This document shows positions 20,051-29,032 of a DNA stretch of 64,000 nucleotides, one piece after another. Each line of letters opens with the position of its first letter. The stretch's first letter is position 1. This DNA is from Actinomycetota bacterium (GTDB taxonomy: Bacteria > Actinomycetota > JAHEXW01). Both the position numbers and the translations under genes were made by a program. Location: NCBI GenBank assembly GCA_041658625.1, contig JBAZZW010000002.1:344299-408298 (forward strand), written 5' to 3'. Under the pieces are notes generated by a model. The model saw nothing but the letters and a program-made list of their open reading frames with translations, did no database searches and was not told the origin of the DNA.

Positions 20051-20533
20051 GTGAGCTTGCTGAGGCCCAACCACAGGTTCCGCGAAGCGACTGAGATTAC
20101 GCCCGAATTCCTGACCGCCAACGATATCACCGGCCTTCTTGTAGACATCGACAACACGATCGTTCCTTGGCGAGGTGAAAATCCGTCGACTGAGATCCAG
20201 GGCTGGATAAAGAGACTGAAACAAGCCGGCGTCGTCCTCACGCTATTAAGTAACGCCGGTGGACGGAGAGCAGCGCGCATGTCGGAGATACTAGACGTGC
20301 CGGTCGTCGCTCCGGCCAAGAAGCCTTTCAGGTCCGGTTACAGGCGCGGGCTGGAGATCTTGGGACTGTCTAAACAGCAAGTCGCGGCCGTTGGCGATCA
20401 GGTTTTCATGGACGTATTCGGCGGCAACCGGTCAGGAGTCAGGACGATTCTCGTGGAGCCGGTAAGCCGTCACGAGTTCTTCGGCACGAGACTTTTAAGG
20501 CAGGCGGAGAAAATCGTAAGAAAACCCCTTTAA
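20051..20533 (+). CDS. YqeG-family HAD phosphatase (HAD-IIIA)
   Basis: LLVDIDNTIV DxD motif, GDQVFMD. Precedes aroE as yqeG does in Bacillus. Confidence 0.7.
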   Translation: MSLLRPNHRFREATEITPEFLTANDITGLLVDIDNTIVPWRGENPSTEIQGWIKRLKQAGVVLTLLSNAGGRRAARMSEILDVPVVAPAKKPFRSGYRRGLEILGLSKQQVAAVGDQVFMDVFGGNRSGVRTILVEPVSRHEFFGTRLLRQAEKIVRKPL

Positions 20534-20552
20534 GGTAAAATCAATTTAGACT

Positions 20553-20578
20553 TAAAGTTTCCTCGCAGTTGCCGATAA
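20553..20578 (+). promoter_or_regulatory. sigma-28 (FliA/SigD)-type promoter upstream of aroE and the pil operon
   Basis: TAAAGTTT-cctcgcagtt-GCCGATAA: both halves are exact matches to the enterobacterial FliA consensus (TAAAGTTT N11 GCCGATAA; Bacillus form TAAA N15 GCCGATAT) with a 10/14-nt spacer. It lies in the 143-nt gap between yqeG-like and aroE. Confidence 0.55.
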
Positions 20579-20676
20579 TATGCATAGGGTAAAATGCAAG
20601 CGTGCGCTTACTTACACGGCGTAGTCTTTGGGCGAAAGACAGGCGGACCGCGCTGCATAAGGAGGAACAGACTAAA

Positions 20677-21516
20677 GTGATTACCGGAACGACAAAAATA
20701 GTCGGTATTATCGGCGACCCGGTTGCCGGGTCGTTGTCTCCGCAAATGCACAACGCCGCTTTCTCCCACGACGGATTGGACTGGGTCTACGCCGCCTGGA
20801 AGGTATCGCAAGATGATCTGGCTGACGCGATCGCGGCGGTTAGGGCTCTAGGCATAGCAGGTTTAAACGTGACGATGCCCCACAAAGGACCGGTCATCAA
20901 GTATTTGGACAGCGTTGACGATGAAGCCTTGGCGATCGGGTCTGTCAACACCATCGTTAATACTCACGGTAGGCTTAAGGGTTACACAACAGACGGAGAG
21001 GGTTTCCGTCTTTCATTAAAAGACGCCGGATATGACCCAACCGGAAAAAAAGCAATCATAATAGGCGCAGGCGGGGCGGCCAGGGCGGTCGCCCGAAAGC
21101 TGGCCGAGAGACGGGCCGCGGTGGTCGACGTCGCCTGCCGGAATCAGGAAAGCGGGCGGAAGCTCGCGGATATCGTAAAGTCGGGCGGCGCGGAATCCAC
21201 TCAATATGACATCAATGAAGAAGCGGCGGCCCCGCTAAAGCGGGCCGATATGATCATAAACGCGACACCATTAGGCAAATACTCTTTAGACGACATAAAA
21301 TTCCTGGCGGACGGGCTCAATCCCGAACAATTCGTGGCCGACTTGAGCACCGTTCCTCCGCTCAGCGCATTCCTCGTCGCCGCCCAAGAACGAGGCTGCA
21401 CCGTCATGGGCGGTTTGGGCATGCTCGTCCGTCAGGGATCTTTATCTTATAAGCTGTGGACCGGCCTGGACGCGCCCTTGGACGTCATGCGCCGGGCGGT
21501 CGGTGAGGAAAAATGA
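20677..21516 (+). CDS. aroE: shikimate dehydrogenase
   Basis: IGDPVAGSLSP…NVTMPHK…GAGGAARA motifs. GTG 20677 after AAGGAGGA is the likely start (the track ORF begins at 20602). Confidence 0.9.
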   Translation: MITGTTKIVGIIGDPVAGSLSPQMHNAAFSHDGLDWVYAAWKVSQDDLADAIAAVRALGIAGLNVTMPHKGPVIKYLDSVDDEALAIGSVNTIVNTHGRLKGYTTDGEGFRLSLKDAGYDPTGKKAIIIGAGGAARAVARKLAERRAAVVDVACRNQESGRKLADIVKSGGAESTQYDINEEAAAPLKRADMIINATPLGKYSLDDIKFLADGLNPEQFVADLSTVPPLSAFLVAAQERGCTVMGGLGMLVRQGSLSYKLWTGLDAPLDVMRRAVGEEK

Positions 21517-23189
21517 GAGAAGGAAGGAAACAGCTCGGCGACCTGTTGGTCGAACGTGGCAAAATTACAGCCGAACAACTTGACGAGGCCTTGACCCGCC
21601 AGCGCGCCAATGGGGAACCGCTGGGGCAGATGCTGGTCGACTCCGGTTACATAACGGAAACGGACCTATTAAAGATGCTGGCCGAGCAGCTGGGGCTAGA
21701 TTTTGTCGACCTTACCGAATATAAGATCGACCTGTCGGCGGTCGCTATGCTGCCGCATAACGTCGCTAAGAAGAACCTGGTCCTGCCGGTGGGTTTCGAG
21801 GAGAACAAGCTGGTCGTAGCAACGGCCGACCCTACCAACGTGTTTATCTTCGACGACTTGAGGATTATGACTGGATTTGAGATAAAACCGGTTGTCGCCT
21901 CCAAGGAAGACCTTATCGGAGCGACCGAGCGTTTTGCCCAGAGCGAAGACGTTCTTGAGGAAGCGTCCAAGGGAGAGGAGACTTTTTCCGAAGCGCAGAC
22001 GGCGGCCAAGGAAGCGGAAGAAGCGGCCGAGGAAGCGCCGATCGTCAAGCTGGTTAACCTGATAATTAACCAGGCGGTCGAGGAACGGGCGTCGGATATT
22101 CATATAGAACCCCAGGAAGACGACATGAGGATCAGATATAGGGTGGACGGTGTTTTACACGAAGTCATGCGGAGTCCCAAGAAGATTCAAGCCGGTCTTA
22201 TATCAAGACTGAAGATCATGGCCGACATGAATATTGCCGAACGCCGGGTACCGCAAGACGGCCGGATCGGTCTGGTCGTCGGCGACCGCGCGGTTGATTT
22301 CCGGGTGGCCAGCCTGCCCAGCGTCTACGGAGAACAGATGGTTTTACGTATCCTGGAGAAGGAAAGCATCATGCTGGACCTGGAGGATCTGGGATTCTTC
22401 CCGGAAACGCTCGAGGTATTTCGCAAGGCCGTCGGCAAACCTTACGGAACGGTGCTGGTCACCGGTCCAACCGGCTCGGGCAAATCAACGACTCTATACG
22501 CCACTTTAAACGTCCTCAACGTGCCGGAGAAAAATATTATGACTATCGAGGACCCCGTTGAGTACCGCCTGTCGGGCATTAGCCAGATGCAGGTCAACCT
22601 GAAGGCGGGGATGACCTTCGCGGCCGGCTTAAGAGCGGTCTTGCGCGGCGACCCGGATTGCCTGCTCGTCGGCGAGATCCGGGACAGAGAGACCGCGCTG
22701 ATCGCCATAGAAAGCGCCTTAACCGGACATCTCGTTCTCTCGACGCTTCACACAAATGACGCTCCGTCAGCGGTGACCAGGCTAATTGAGATGGGCGTGG
22801 AACCGTTTCTGATAGCCTCGGCCTTGGATTGCGTGTTGGCCCAGCGGCTGGCCCGGCGTTTGTGTAAGTACTGCAAAGAAAAGCACGTTTTGACGGGCAA
22901 AGAGGTAAAGAACCTCGGTTTTCCCGCGGATGAAACTAAGAAATACGAGTTTTACAAACCGATCGGCTGTACCCGCTGCAACAACACCGGATATAAAGGC
23001 CGGATGGGCGTTCACGAGGTAATGTTAATGACGCCGACTGTCGGGGAGCTCGCCGTTAAGAAAGCGAGCTCGGATGAGCTTATGAGAAATGCTATCAAGG
23101 AAGGCATGAATACCCTGCGGCAAGACGGCTTCAACAAAGCTCTGGCTGGCATGACGTCGTTAGAAGAGGTTATTAGGGTGGTCGCTTAA
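21513..23189 (+). CDS. pilB: type IV pilus assembly ATPase PilB/GspE (copy 1) with N-terminal tandem MshEN motifs
   Basis: Walker A GPTGSGKST, Asp/His boxes, tetracysteine CKYC…CTRC. N-terminus KQLGDLLVERGKITAEQLDEALTRQ and PLGQMLVDSGYITETDLLKMLAEQ match the 24-residue MshEN c-di-GMP-binding motif. Confidence 0.9.
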   Translation: MREGRKQLGDLLVERGKITAEQLDEALTRQRANGEPLGQMLVDSGYITETDLLKMLAEQLGLDFVDLTEYKIDLSAVAMLPHNVAKKNLVLPVGFEENKLVVATADPTNVFIFDDLRIMTGFEIKPVVASKEDLIGATERFAQSEDVLEEASKGEETFSEAQTAAKEAEEAAEEAPIVKLVNLIINQAVEERASDIHIEPQEDDMRIRYRVDGVLHEVMRSPKKIQAGLISRLKIMADMNIAERRVPQDGRIGLVVGDRAVDFRVASLPSVYGEQMVLRILEKESIMLDLEDLGFFPETLEVFRKAVGKPYGTVLVTGPTGSGKSTTLYATLNVLNVPEKNIMTIEDPVEYRLSGISQMQVNLKAGMTFAAGLRAVLRGDPDCLLVGEIRDRETALIAIESALTGHLVLSTLHTNDAPSAVTRLIEMGVEPFLIASALDCVLAQRLARRLCKYCKEKHVLTGKEVKNLGFPADETKKYEFYKPIGCTRCNNTGYKGRMGVHEVMLMTPTVGELAVKKASSDELMRNAIKEGMNTLRQDGFNKALAGMTSLEEVIRVVA

Positions 23190-24869
23190 ATGAAGGAAAG
23201 CCGGAAACAATTGGGCGACTTGCTGGTCGCTCAAGGCGTAATCAAACAGGAGCAGTTGGACGAGGCCCTGAAGACGCAGAAGGAGAGCGGGGAGCCGCTC
23301 GGCCGCGTCTTGGTTAAGAGAGGGCTCGTCACCGAGGCCGACCTGTTAAGAATTCTGGCCAACCAGCTCGGTTTGGACTACGTTGACCTGAACGAATACA
23401 AGATCGATTTAAGCGCGGTGTCGCTGATTCCGGAAAGAATAGCCAAGAAAAATGTAGTCTTACCGATAGGATTCGAGGACGACAAGTTGATTGTGGCCGT
23501 AGCGAATCCGACGGACGTCTTTATTTTTGATGACCTAAGGATGATGACGGGATTCGAGGTCCGGCCGGTGGTCAGCACAAAAGAAGATATTCTGGCTTCA
23601 ATCAGTCGGTACGCCAGGGCGGACCAGCTGGTCGGCGAGGGGCTTGACGAGTTAACTCGCGAGGTGGCCGGCGAAGCCGAGGAAGAGGAATCTATCGCCG
23701 CGGCGATAGACGAAGCGCCGATCGTGAAACTGGCCAACTTGATTATCAACCAGGCCATAAACGATAGAGCCTCGGATATTCATATCGAACCGCAGGAGAA
23801 GGACGTTCGCGTCCGTTACCGCATAGACGGCGTTTTACACGAGATCATGACGCCGCCGAAGAGAGTTCAAGCCGGGTTGATTTCCCGCATCAAAATCATG
23901 TCGGACCTTAACATCGCGGAAAATCGCGTGCCGCAAGACGGCCGCATCGGCCTGAACGTTGCCGGGCGGGCTGTCGACTTACGGGTGGCGACGCTGCCGA
24001 CGGTTTACGGGGAAAAGATCGTCATGCGTATTCTGGAAAAGGAAAGCATCATGATCGACCTCAAAGACCTTGGTTTTTTACCTGACACCCTGGAGAGATA
24101 CCAGAGATCGTTTAAGAAACCGTACGGAGCCATCCTTATAACAGGACCGACCGGTTCCGGCAAAACGACGTCGCTGTACGCGGCGCTGAACGTGCTTAAC
24201 ACGATAGAGAAGAAGATCATTACGGTCGAGGACCCCGTGGAATACAAACTACCAGGCGTCATCCAGGTTCAAATCAACGCCAGGGTCGGCCTGACGTTCG
24301 CGGCCGCCCTAAGGTCTATATTACGCAACGACCCCGATATTGTAATGATCGGTGAGATACGGGATAGGGAGACAGCCCTGATCTCCGTTGAAAGCGCGCT
24401 GACGGGCCACCTGGTTTTAGCCACCCTGCATACCAATGACGCGCCGCAAGCCTTGACCAGGCTGACCGAGATGGGTATAGAACCATTCTTGTCAGCCTCG
24501 GCCGTCGATTGCGTCGTCGCTCAGCGATTGGCAAGAAAGCTCTGCAAATCCTGCAAAGAAGCTTATACGCCGGACGAGGAATCACTAAAGGCGGCGGGCT
24601 TTCCGTTCGAAAAAGGAGAGAAGCTGACATTTTATAAGGCGGTCGGTTGCGGAAAATGTAAGGGGAGCGGATACAAAGGGCGATTGGGGATTTATGAAGT
24701 AATGCTGGTCAGTGAGACGATTGAAAAGCTGTCGGTGGAACGGGCTTCGTCCGACGAAATCGGGCGACAGGCTGTCATAGAAGGCATGAGCACGTTGAAA
24801 GACGACGGTTATGAGAAAGTCAGGCAGGGGACGACAAGCTTGGAAGAGGTTCTGAGGGTCGTCGCGTAA
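23190..24869 (+). CDS. pilB: type IV pilus assembly ATPase PilB/GspE (copy 2, tandem paralog)
   Basis: 559 aa, collinear with copy 1 (~65% identity by eye). Walker A GPTGSGKTT, tetracysteine CKSC…CGKC, intact MshEN motifs (KQLGDLLVAQGVIKQEQLDEALKTQ). Confidence 0.9.
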   Translation: MKESRKQLGDLLVAQGVIKQEQLDEALKTQKESGEPLGRVLVKRGLVTEADLLRILANQLGLDYVDLNEYKIDLSAVSLIPERIAKKNVVLPIGFEDDKLIVAVANPTDVFIFDDLRMMTGFEVRPVVSTKEDILASISRYARADQLVGEGLDELTREVAGEAEEEESIAAAIDEAPIVKLANLIINQAINDRASDIHIEPQEKDVRVRYRIDGVLHEIMTPPKRVQAGLISRIKIMSDLNIAENRVPQDGRIGLNVAGRAVDLRVATLPTVYGEKIVMRILEKESIMIDLKDLGFLPDTLERYQRSFKKPYGAILITGPTGSGKTTSLYAALNVLNTIEKKIITVEDPVEYKLPGVIQVQINARVGLTFAAALRSILRNDPDIVMIGEIRDRETALISVESALTGHLVLATLHTNDAPQALTRLTEMGIEPFLSASAVDCVVAQRLARKLCKSCKEAYTPDEESLKAAGFPFEKGEKLTFYKAVGCGKCKGSGYKGRLGIYEVMLVSETIEKLSVERASSDEIGRQAVIEGMSTLKDDGYEKVRQGTTSLEEVLRVVA

Positions 24870-24914
24870 AAAGAAAACAAATTAGCGTTATCATATATAG
24901 CGACAGGAGGATTA

Positions 24915-25970
24915 ATGCCGAAAATCGAAGAGTTGATGGAAACAGTCATGGCCAAGGACGCCTCCGACCTTCACCTCACGGCGGGTATCCCGCCAACCCT
25001 TCGGATCCATGGGAAGTTGGAACACATGGACAAACCCATCTTGGAACACGAAGACGTTATGGCTCTAGTCTACGAGATTCTCAACGACAGCCAGAGACGT
25101 CGTTTGGAGGCGGACCGCGAACTGGATTTGTCGTATGCTTACGAAGACAAGGCCCGATTCAGAATCAATGTTTACTGGCAGCGCGGCAACTTGGCCGCGG
25201 CGCTCCGTCTGATTCCGCCGGCGGTAAAGTCCCCGCGCGATCTGGGGTTGCCGCCGATCGTGGAGATGCTGGCCGCGAAACCTCGAGGTTTTATCTTGGT
25301 GACCGGGCCGACGGGCTGCGGCAAGTCGACCACGTTGGCGGCGATGATCAATATCATCAACCGGACCAGAAGCGAACACGTCCTGACCATTGAGGATCCG
25401 ATCGAGTTTATGCACAAACACGATAAGAGCATGGTCAATCAGCGGGAGGTTGGCGCCGATACCCATTCATTTTCCAGCGCGTTACGCCATGTACTTAGGC
25501 AGGACCCGGACGTTATTCTGGTCGGCGAGATGCGCGACCTGGAGACGATCTCCATCGCGCTGACGGCCGCGGAAACCGGCCACTTGGTTTTCGCCACCTT
25601 GCACACGCAGGACGCGCCTCAAAGCATCGAGCGTGTTATCGATGTTTTCCCGTCTCAACAGCAGCACCAGATTCGGATTCAGCTGGCCAGCACGCTGCAG
25701 GCGATTCTGGCCCAGCAATTGATTCCGGCCAAAGGAGGCGGCGAGAGAAAAGTCGCCGTCGAGGTCATGATGGCCACGCCGGCTATCAGAAACATGATCA
25801 GGGACGATAAGACACATCAGATAATCTCGGCCATGCAGGCGGGTTACAGCACAGGCATGCAGACCATGGATCAGGCGCTGGCAGCCCTCGTTAAAACGAA
25901 TCAGGTCACGTACGACGACGCTATGCAAAGGGCAATCGACCCTGACGTTTTCAAGAGACTGGTCGGGTAG
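24915..25970 (+). CDS. pilT: twitching-motility retraction ATPase PilT
   Basis: 351 aa with no N-terminal extension. GPTGCGKSTT, AIRNMIRD-type PilT signature. Confidence 0.9.
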   Translation: MPKIEELMETVMAKDASDLHLTAGIPPTLRIHGKLEHMDKPILEHEDVMALVYEILNDSQRRRLEADRELDLSYAYEDKARFRINVYWQRGNLAAALRLIPPAVKSPRDLGLPPIVEMLAAKPRGFILVTGPTGCGKSTTLAAMINIINRTRSEHVLTIEDPIEFMHKHDKSMVNQREVGADTHSFSSALRHVLRQDPDVILVGEMRDLETISIALTAAETGHLVFATLHTQDAPQSIERVIDVFPSQQQHQIRIQLASTLQAILAQQLIPAKGGGERKVAVEVMMATPAIRNMIRDDKTHQIISAMQAGYSTGMQTMDQALAALVKTNQVTYDDAMQRAIDPDVFKRLVG

Positions 25971-25980
25971 GTGGGAATAA

Positions 25981-27201
25981 ATGGCGACAACATTCGCGTA
26001 TAAGGGTCGCGACGCATCCGGGAAAACGATTTCCGGAACGCTGGAGGGAGATAACGAGACTCAGGTGGCGGAGAGCCTTCGCCGGATGGGTTACTTGGTT
26101 AACTCCATAACTGCCGAAAAGGGCGGCCTGCAGATGCAAATCGGCGGGGGCTCCAAGCGGAGGAAAAGGGTTAAGAGCGGCGAGCTGGTCGTATTCACGC
26201 GACAGTTCGCGACGATGATCAACGCGGGTTTGCCGTTAGCCCGCTGTCTGGGGGTAATGTCGCAGCAGTCGCCTAATCCGGGAATGGCCGCGACCATCGA
26301 AGACGTGCTGCACGACGTCGAAGGCGGTTTGGCGCTGTCGAACGCCATGGCCAAGCACCCCAAGGTTTTCAACACGCTTTACGTAAGCATGGTCAAAGCG
26401 GGTGAAACCGGCGGTATATTGGACGAGGTCCTAACCAATGTCGCCGAGAACCTGGAGAAGAACGAAGAGATTAAAAGCAAGATAAAATCGGCCATGGCTT
26501 ACCCGGTGTTGATGTTCATCATGTCGATCGTCCTGGTCATTGTCATGTTGGTGTTTATCGTACCGGTCTTTACGGGGATGTTCGCGCAGCTAGGCGGGGA
26601 GCTGCCGCTGCCGACGCAGATACTTGTTAACTTAAGCGCTCTAATCAGTTCAACCTGGTGGTTCGGCATCCCGTTGACCATCCTGGCGATTTACGGAATC
26701 AGGAAATCTTTAAGCATCCCGGCGGTCAGGTTCAAATGGGACACCGTTAAACTGAGGATTCCCATCGTCGGTCCGGTTGTCAAACAACAGTCGGTGTCGA
26801 GGTTCGCGAGAACACTGGGGACCTTATCCAGCGCCGGCGTACCGATCCTAGAGGCGCTGGACGTTGTGGAGAATACCGTCGGAAACGCTTTGATTTCATC
26901 AGAAGTGGCCAAGATAGCGCTGGGGGTAAAAGAGGGACAGACGATTGCCCAGCCCCTCGGTAAGATAAAGGTCTTTCCGCCTATGGTCGTGCAAATGGTC
27001 GCCGTTGGAGAAGAATCGGGCGCCATGGACACGATGCTTATCAAAGTGGCTGAGTTTTACGACAAGGAGGTTGCGACGACCATCGAAGGGCTATCGTCGA
27101 TTCTCGAGCCGGTCATGCTTATCGGCGTAGGTTTGGTTATCGGCGGCATCCTGATATCTCTATACCTGCCGATGTTCAAACTGGCCAGTTTGATTAAATA
27201 A
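25981..27201 (+). CDS. pilC: type IV pilus platform protein PilC/GspF
   Basis: 406 aa. Two T2SSF repeats, 3-4 TM. Confidence 0.9.
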   Translation: MATTFAYKGRDASGKTISGTLEGDNETQVAESLRRMGYLVNSITAEKGGLQMQIGGGSKRRKRVKSGELVVFTRQFATMINAGLPLARCLGVMSQQSPNPGMAATIEDVLHDVEGGLALSNAMAKHPKVFNTLYVSMVKAGETGGILDEVLTNVAENLEKNEEIKSKIKSAMAYPVLMFIMSIVLVIVMLVFIVPVFTGMFAQLGGELPLPTQILVNLSALISSTWWFGIPLTILAIYGIRKSLSIPAVRFKWDTVKLRIPIVGPVVKQQSVSRFARTLGTLSSAGVPILEALDVVENTVGNALISSEVAKIALGVKEGQTIAQPLGKIKVFPPMVVQMVAVGEESGAMDTMLIKVAEFYDKEVATTIEGLSSILEPVMLIGVGLVIGGILISLYLPMFKLASLIK

Positions 27202-27311
27202 GAAAATTATCAAATAAACAAATAATTCTAAAGTCGACAGGCGCCGCGTCCGACAATCAATAGGAAAGAAAGATACAGGTTTATTAAGGCATATGGAGGG
27301 AGGTGACTCAA

Positions 27312-27743
27312 ATGCTAACGAAAATCCGCAAGATGTCAAGGCGGGAAGAGGGCTTCACTCTGATCGAACTCATGGTCGTTATTCTTATCATAGGTATCCT
27401 CATGGCTATCGCCATCCCGTCTTTCATCGCTGTACGCAACAGAGGTTATGCGTCAACCGCGAAGGCGATCCGTTCAACAGCTGTCAAGACAATGGAGTTG
27501 TACGGAGTCGACAACAGCGGCGACTATTCTGGAGCGACGGCCCTCGCCTTAGGCGCGTTGGAGAAGAGCATTCCTTTCCTGAATGCGGCTCCCGCCGCCG
27601 GTGATTTCAAATCGGCCGGTATGTCCGGATTAGCCGCTGACGCGTACACCATCACGGTTAACGGCCGTGACGGAAACACTTACACGGCAGTCAAGGCTGC
27701 CGGCCTGGCTGTTGTCTATAACACGAACGGCGTACCTGAATAG
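27312..27743 (+). CDS. pilA: type IV major pilin (prepilin, class III signal peptide)
   Basis: MLTKIRKMSRREEG|FTLIELMVVILIIGIL: prepilin cleavage/N-methylation motif G|FTLIE plus a hydrophobic helix. ATG 27312 is preferred over track GTG 27303 because of GGAGGGAGG RBS spacing. Confidence 0.85.
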   Translation: MLTKIRKMSRREEGFTLIELMVVILIIGILMAIAIPSFIAVRNRGYASTAKAIRSTAVKTMELYGVDNSGDYSGATALALGALEKSIPFLNAAPAAGDFKSAGMSGLAADAYTITVNGRDGNTYTAVKAAGLAVVYNTNGVPE

Positions 27744-27769
27744 ACACAAGCCGGCGCAAGAACAGAACT

Positions 27770-27812
27770 TAAAAAAAGAGGCGGCGCGGAAAAAACCGCG
27801 CCGCCTCTTTAG
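27770..27812. terminator. strong GC-rich hairpin terminator after pilA (bidirectional character)
   Basis: aaaaaaa-GAGGCGGCGCGG-aaaaaa-CCGCGCCGCCTC-ttt: 12-bp perfect stem. A-tract 5' and T-run 3'. Confidence 0.7.
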
Positions 27813-27914
27813 CTAAGCGGCGAAGGCGGCAGGCAGGCACGTGGTGAACCGAACCAACGGCGTGAACGAATAGAGCGGAAATATGCTTATAGGCTTATTT
27901 CTGTAAAGCCGGAT

Positions 27915-27922
27915 GCCGATAA
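27915..27922 (+). promoter_or_regulatory. GCCGATAA motif upstream of the minor-pilin genes
   Basis: Exact FliA -10-like 8-mer, 9 nt before the GTG of the FN3 pilin-like gene. No properly spaced TAAA -35. Confidence 0.25.
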
Positions 27923-27930
27923 TAGACTAG

Positions 27931-29019
27931 GTGAACACGATGAACCGTTTGAACAGCATACGCAATAATGAATCGGGTTTTACGTTAACCGAGATCATGG
28001 CCGCCTCGGCCATCATTACAATAGGCATTCTAGGTATTATGATCGTGTTCAACTCCACCTTAAACACGCAAACAAACACAAAGGTCAGAACCCTGGCGAC
28101 GAATATCGCGACCGAGAAAGTGGAAGCCGCCAGGACGATCGCGTACGATACGCTGACGCAAGAATACCTGGCGGCCAATCTCGGAACGACCGCCACAAAA
28201 GGCGGCGTAACGTTTACTATTACATATACTGTGGCGTTTGTTGACGATCCTTCGGACGGCACTGGCACAGGCGATTTAAATCCTAACGATTTTAAAAATG
28301 TGCAGATTACCGTGGCTTGGACGAACCCTCAGCCTTCGTCCTCGGTCGTTATAGATACATTGATTAATAAGAACCCGGTCGCGCCGGCTAGCGCCAGCAC
28401 CGACACGACCGCGCCGGTTTGGCCTAACGCGGGTGTAGGCGTTCTGTCCGGGCGCGCGGAACAGACAACGCCAGGGCTGGGTATGTATATCCAATGGTCG
28501 CCAAACTGGGCCACGGACGCCAACGGCGTCGTCGGCTATCTAATATACCGCCAGCCGCCGGACGACACGAGCTACATGCTTATCGCTACGGTTGCACCGA
28601 GCGTGGGTTGGTTCCTGGACAATTATTATACGGCGGGTGGCTCGTACAATTTTTATGTCAAGGCCTTCGACGGCGCGGGCAATTTGAGCGGACCGTGTAA
28701 TATTGTGACGATTGTCGGTCCGGCGGATACGATTGCGCCCAGTATCCCCCTCAATGTAACCGGACAGGCTACCAGCCCGACGACGGGGACATTAAGCTGG
28801 TCGTTGGCAACGGACAACTCGGGCGTGGTCGATCACTACAACATATACAGAACGCATTCAGGCAATCCTTTCGGGAACACGCCTTATACGTCGAAAAGTT
28901 CCCCGCCGTTTAACGATACCGGACTTAGCACAGGCATTACTTACCAGTATTATATTGCGGCCGTCGATCCGACCGGCAATGAGGGCGGCAAGTCCACAAC
29001 CGTATCAATAACTCCCTAG
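27931..29019 (+). CDS. pilin-like protein with N-terminal prepilin signal and two fibronectin-III-like domains
   Basis: MNTMNRLNSIRNNESG|FTLTEIMAASAIITIGILGIM prepilin N-terminus. C-terminal repeats (…WSPNWATDANGVVGYLIYRQ…YVKAFDGAGNLSGP… and …LSWSLATDNSGVVDHYNIYRT…YQYYIAAVDPTGNEGG…) look like FN3 folds. Confidence 0.7.
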   Translation: MNTMNRLNSIRNNESGFTLTEIMAASAIITIGILGIMIVFNSTLNTQTNTKVRTLATNIATEKVEAARTIAYDTLTQEYLAANLGTTATKGGVTFTITYTVAFVDDPSDGTGTGDLNPNDFKNVQITVAWTNPQPSSSVVIDTLINKNPVAPASASTDTTAPVWPNAGVGVLSGRAEQTTPGLGMYIQWSPNWATDANGVVGYLIYRQPPDDTSYMLIATVAPSVGWFLDNYYTAGGSYNFYVKAFDGAGNLSGPCNIVTIVGPADTIAPSIPLNVTGQATSPTTGTLSWSLATDNSGVVDHYNIYRTHSGNPFGNTPYTSKSSPPFNDTGLSTGITYQYYIAAVDPTGNEGGKSTTVSITP

Positions 29020-29032
29020 CGGGGAGGGTCCA

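Noticed and set aside
27202-27311. Riboswitch (e.g. c-di-GMP GEMM) upstream of the major pilin
   Set aside because: No GEMM conserved nucleotides. The region looks like a plain promoter/RBS leader (weak TCGACA-N17-TCAATA).
27293-27604. 103-aa + strand ORF (Arg/His-rich) overlapping the pilin gene in another frame
   Set aside because: An alternative frame of the pilA region. The pilin frame carries the unmistakable G|FTLIE prepilin motif. Composition of the other frame is non-protein-like.
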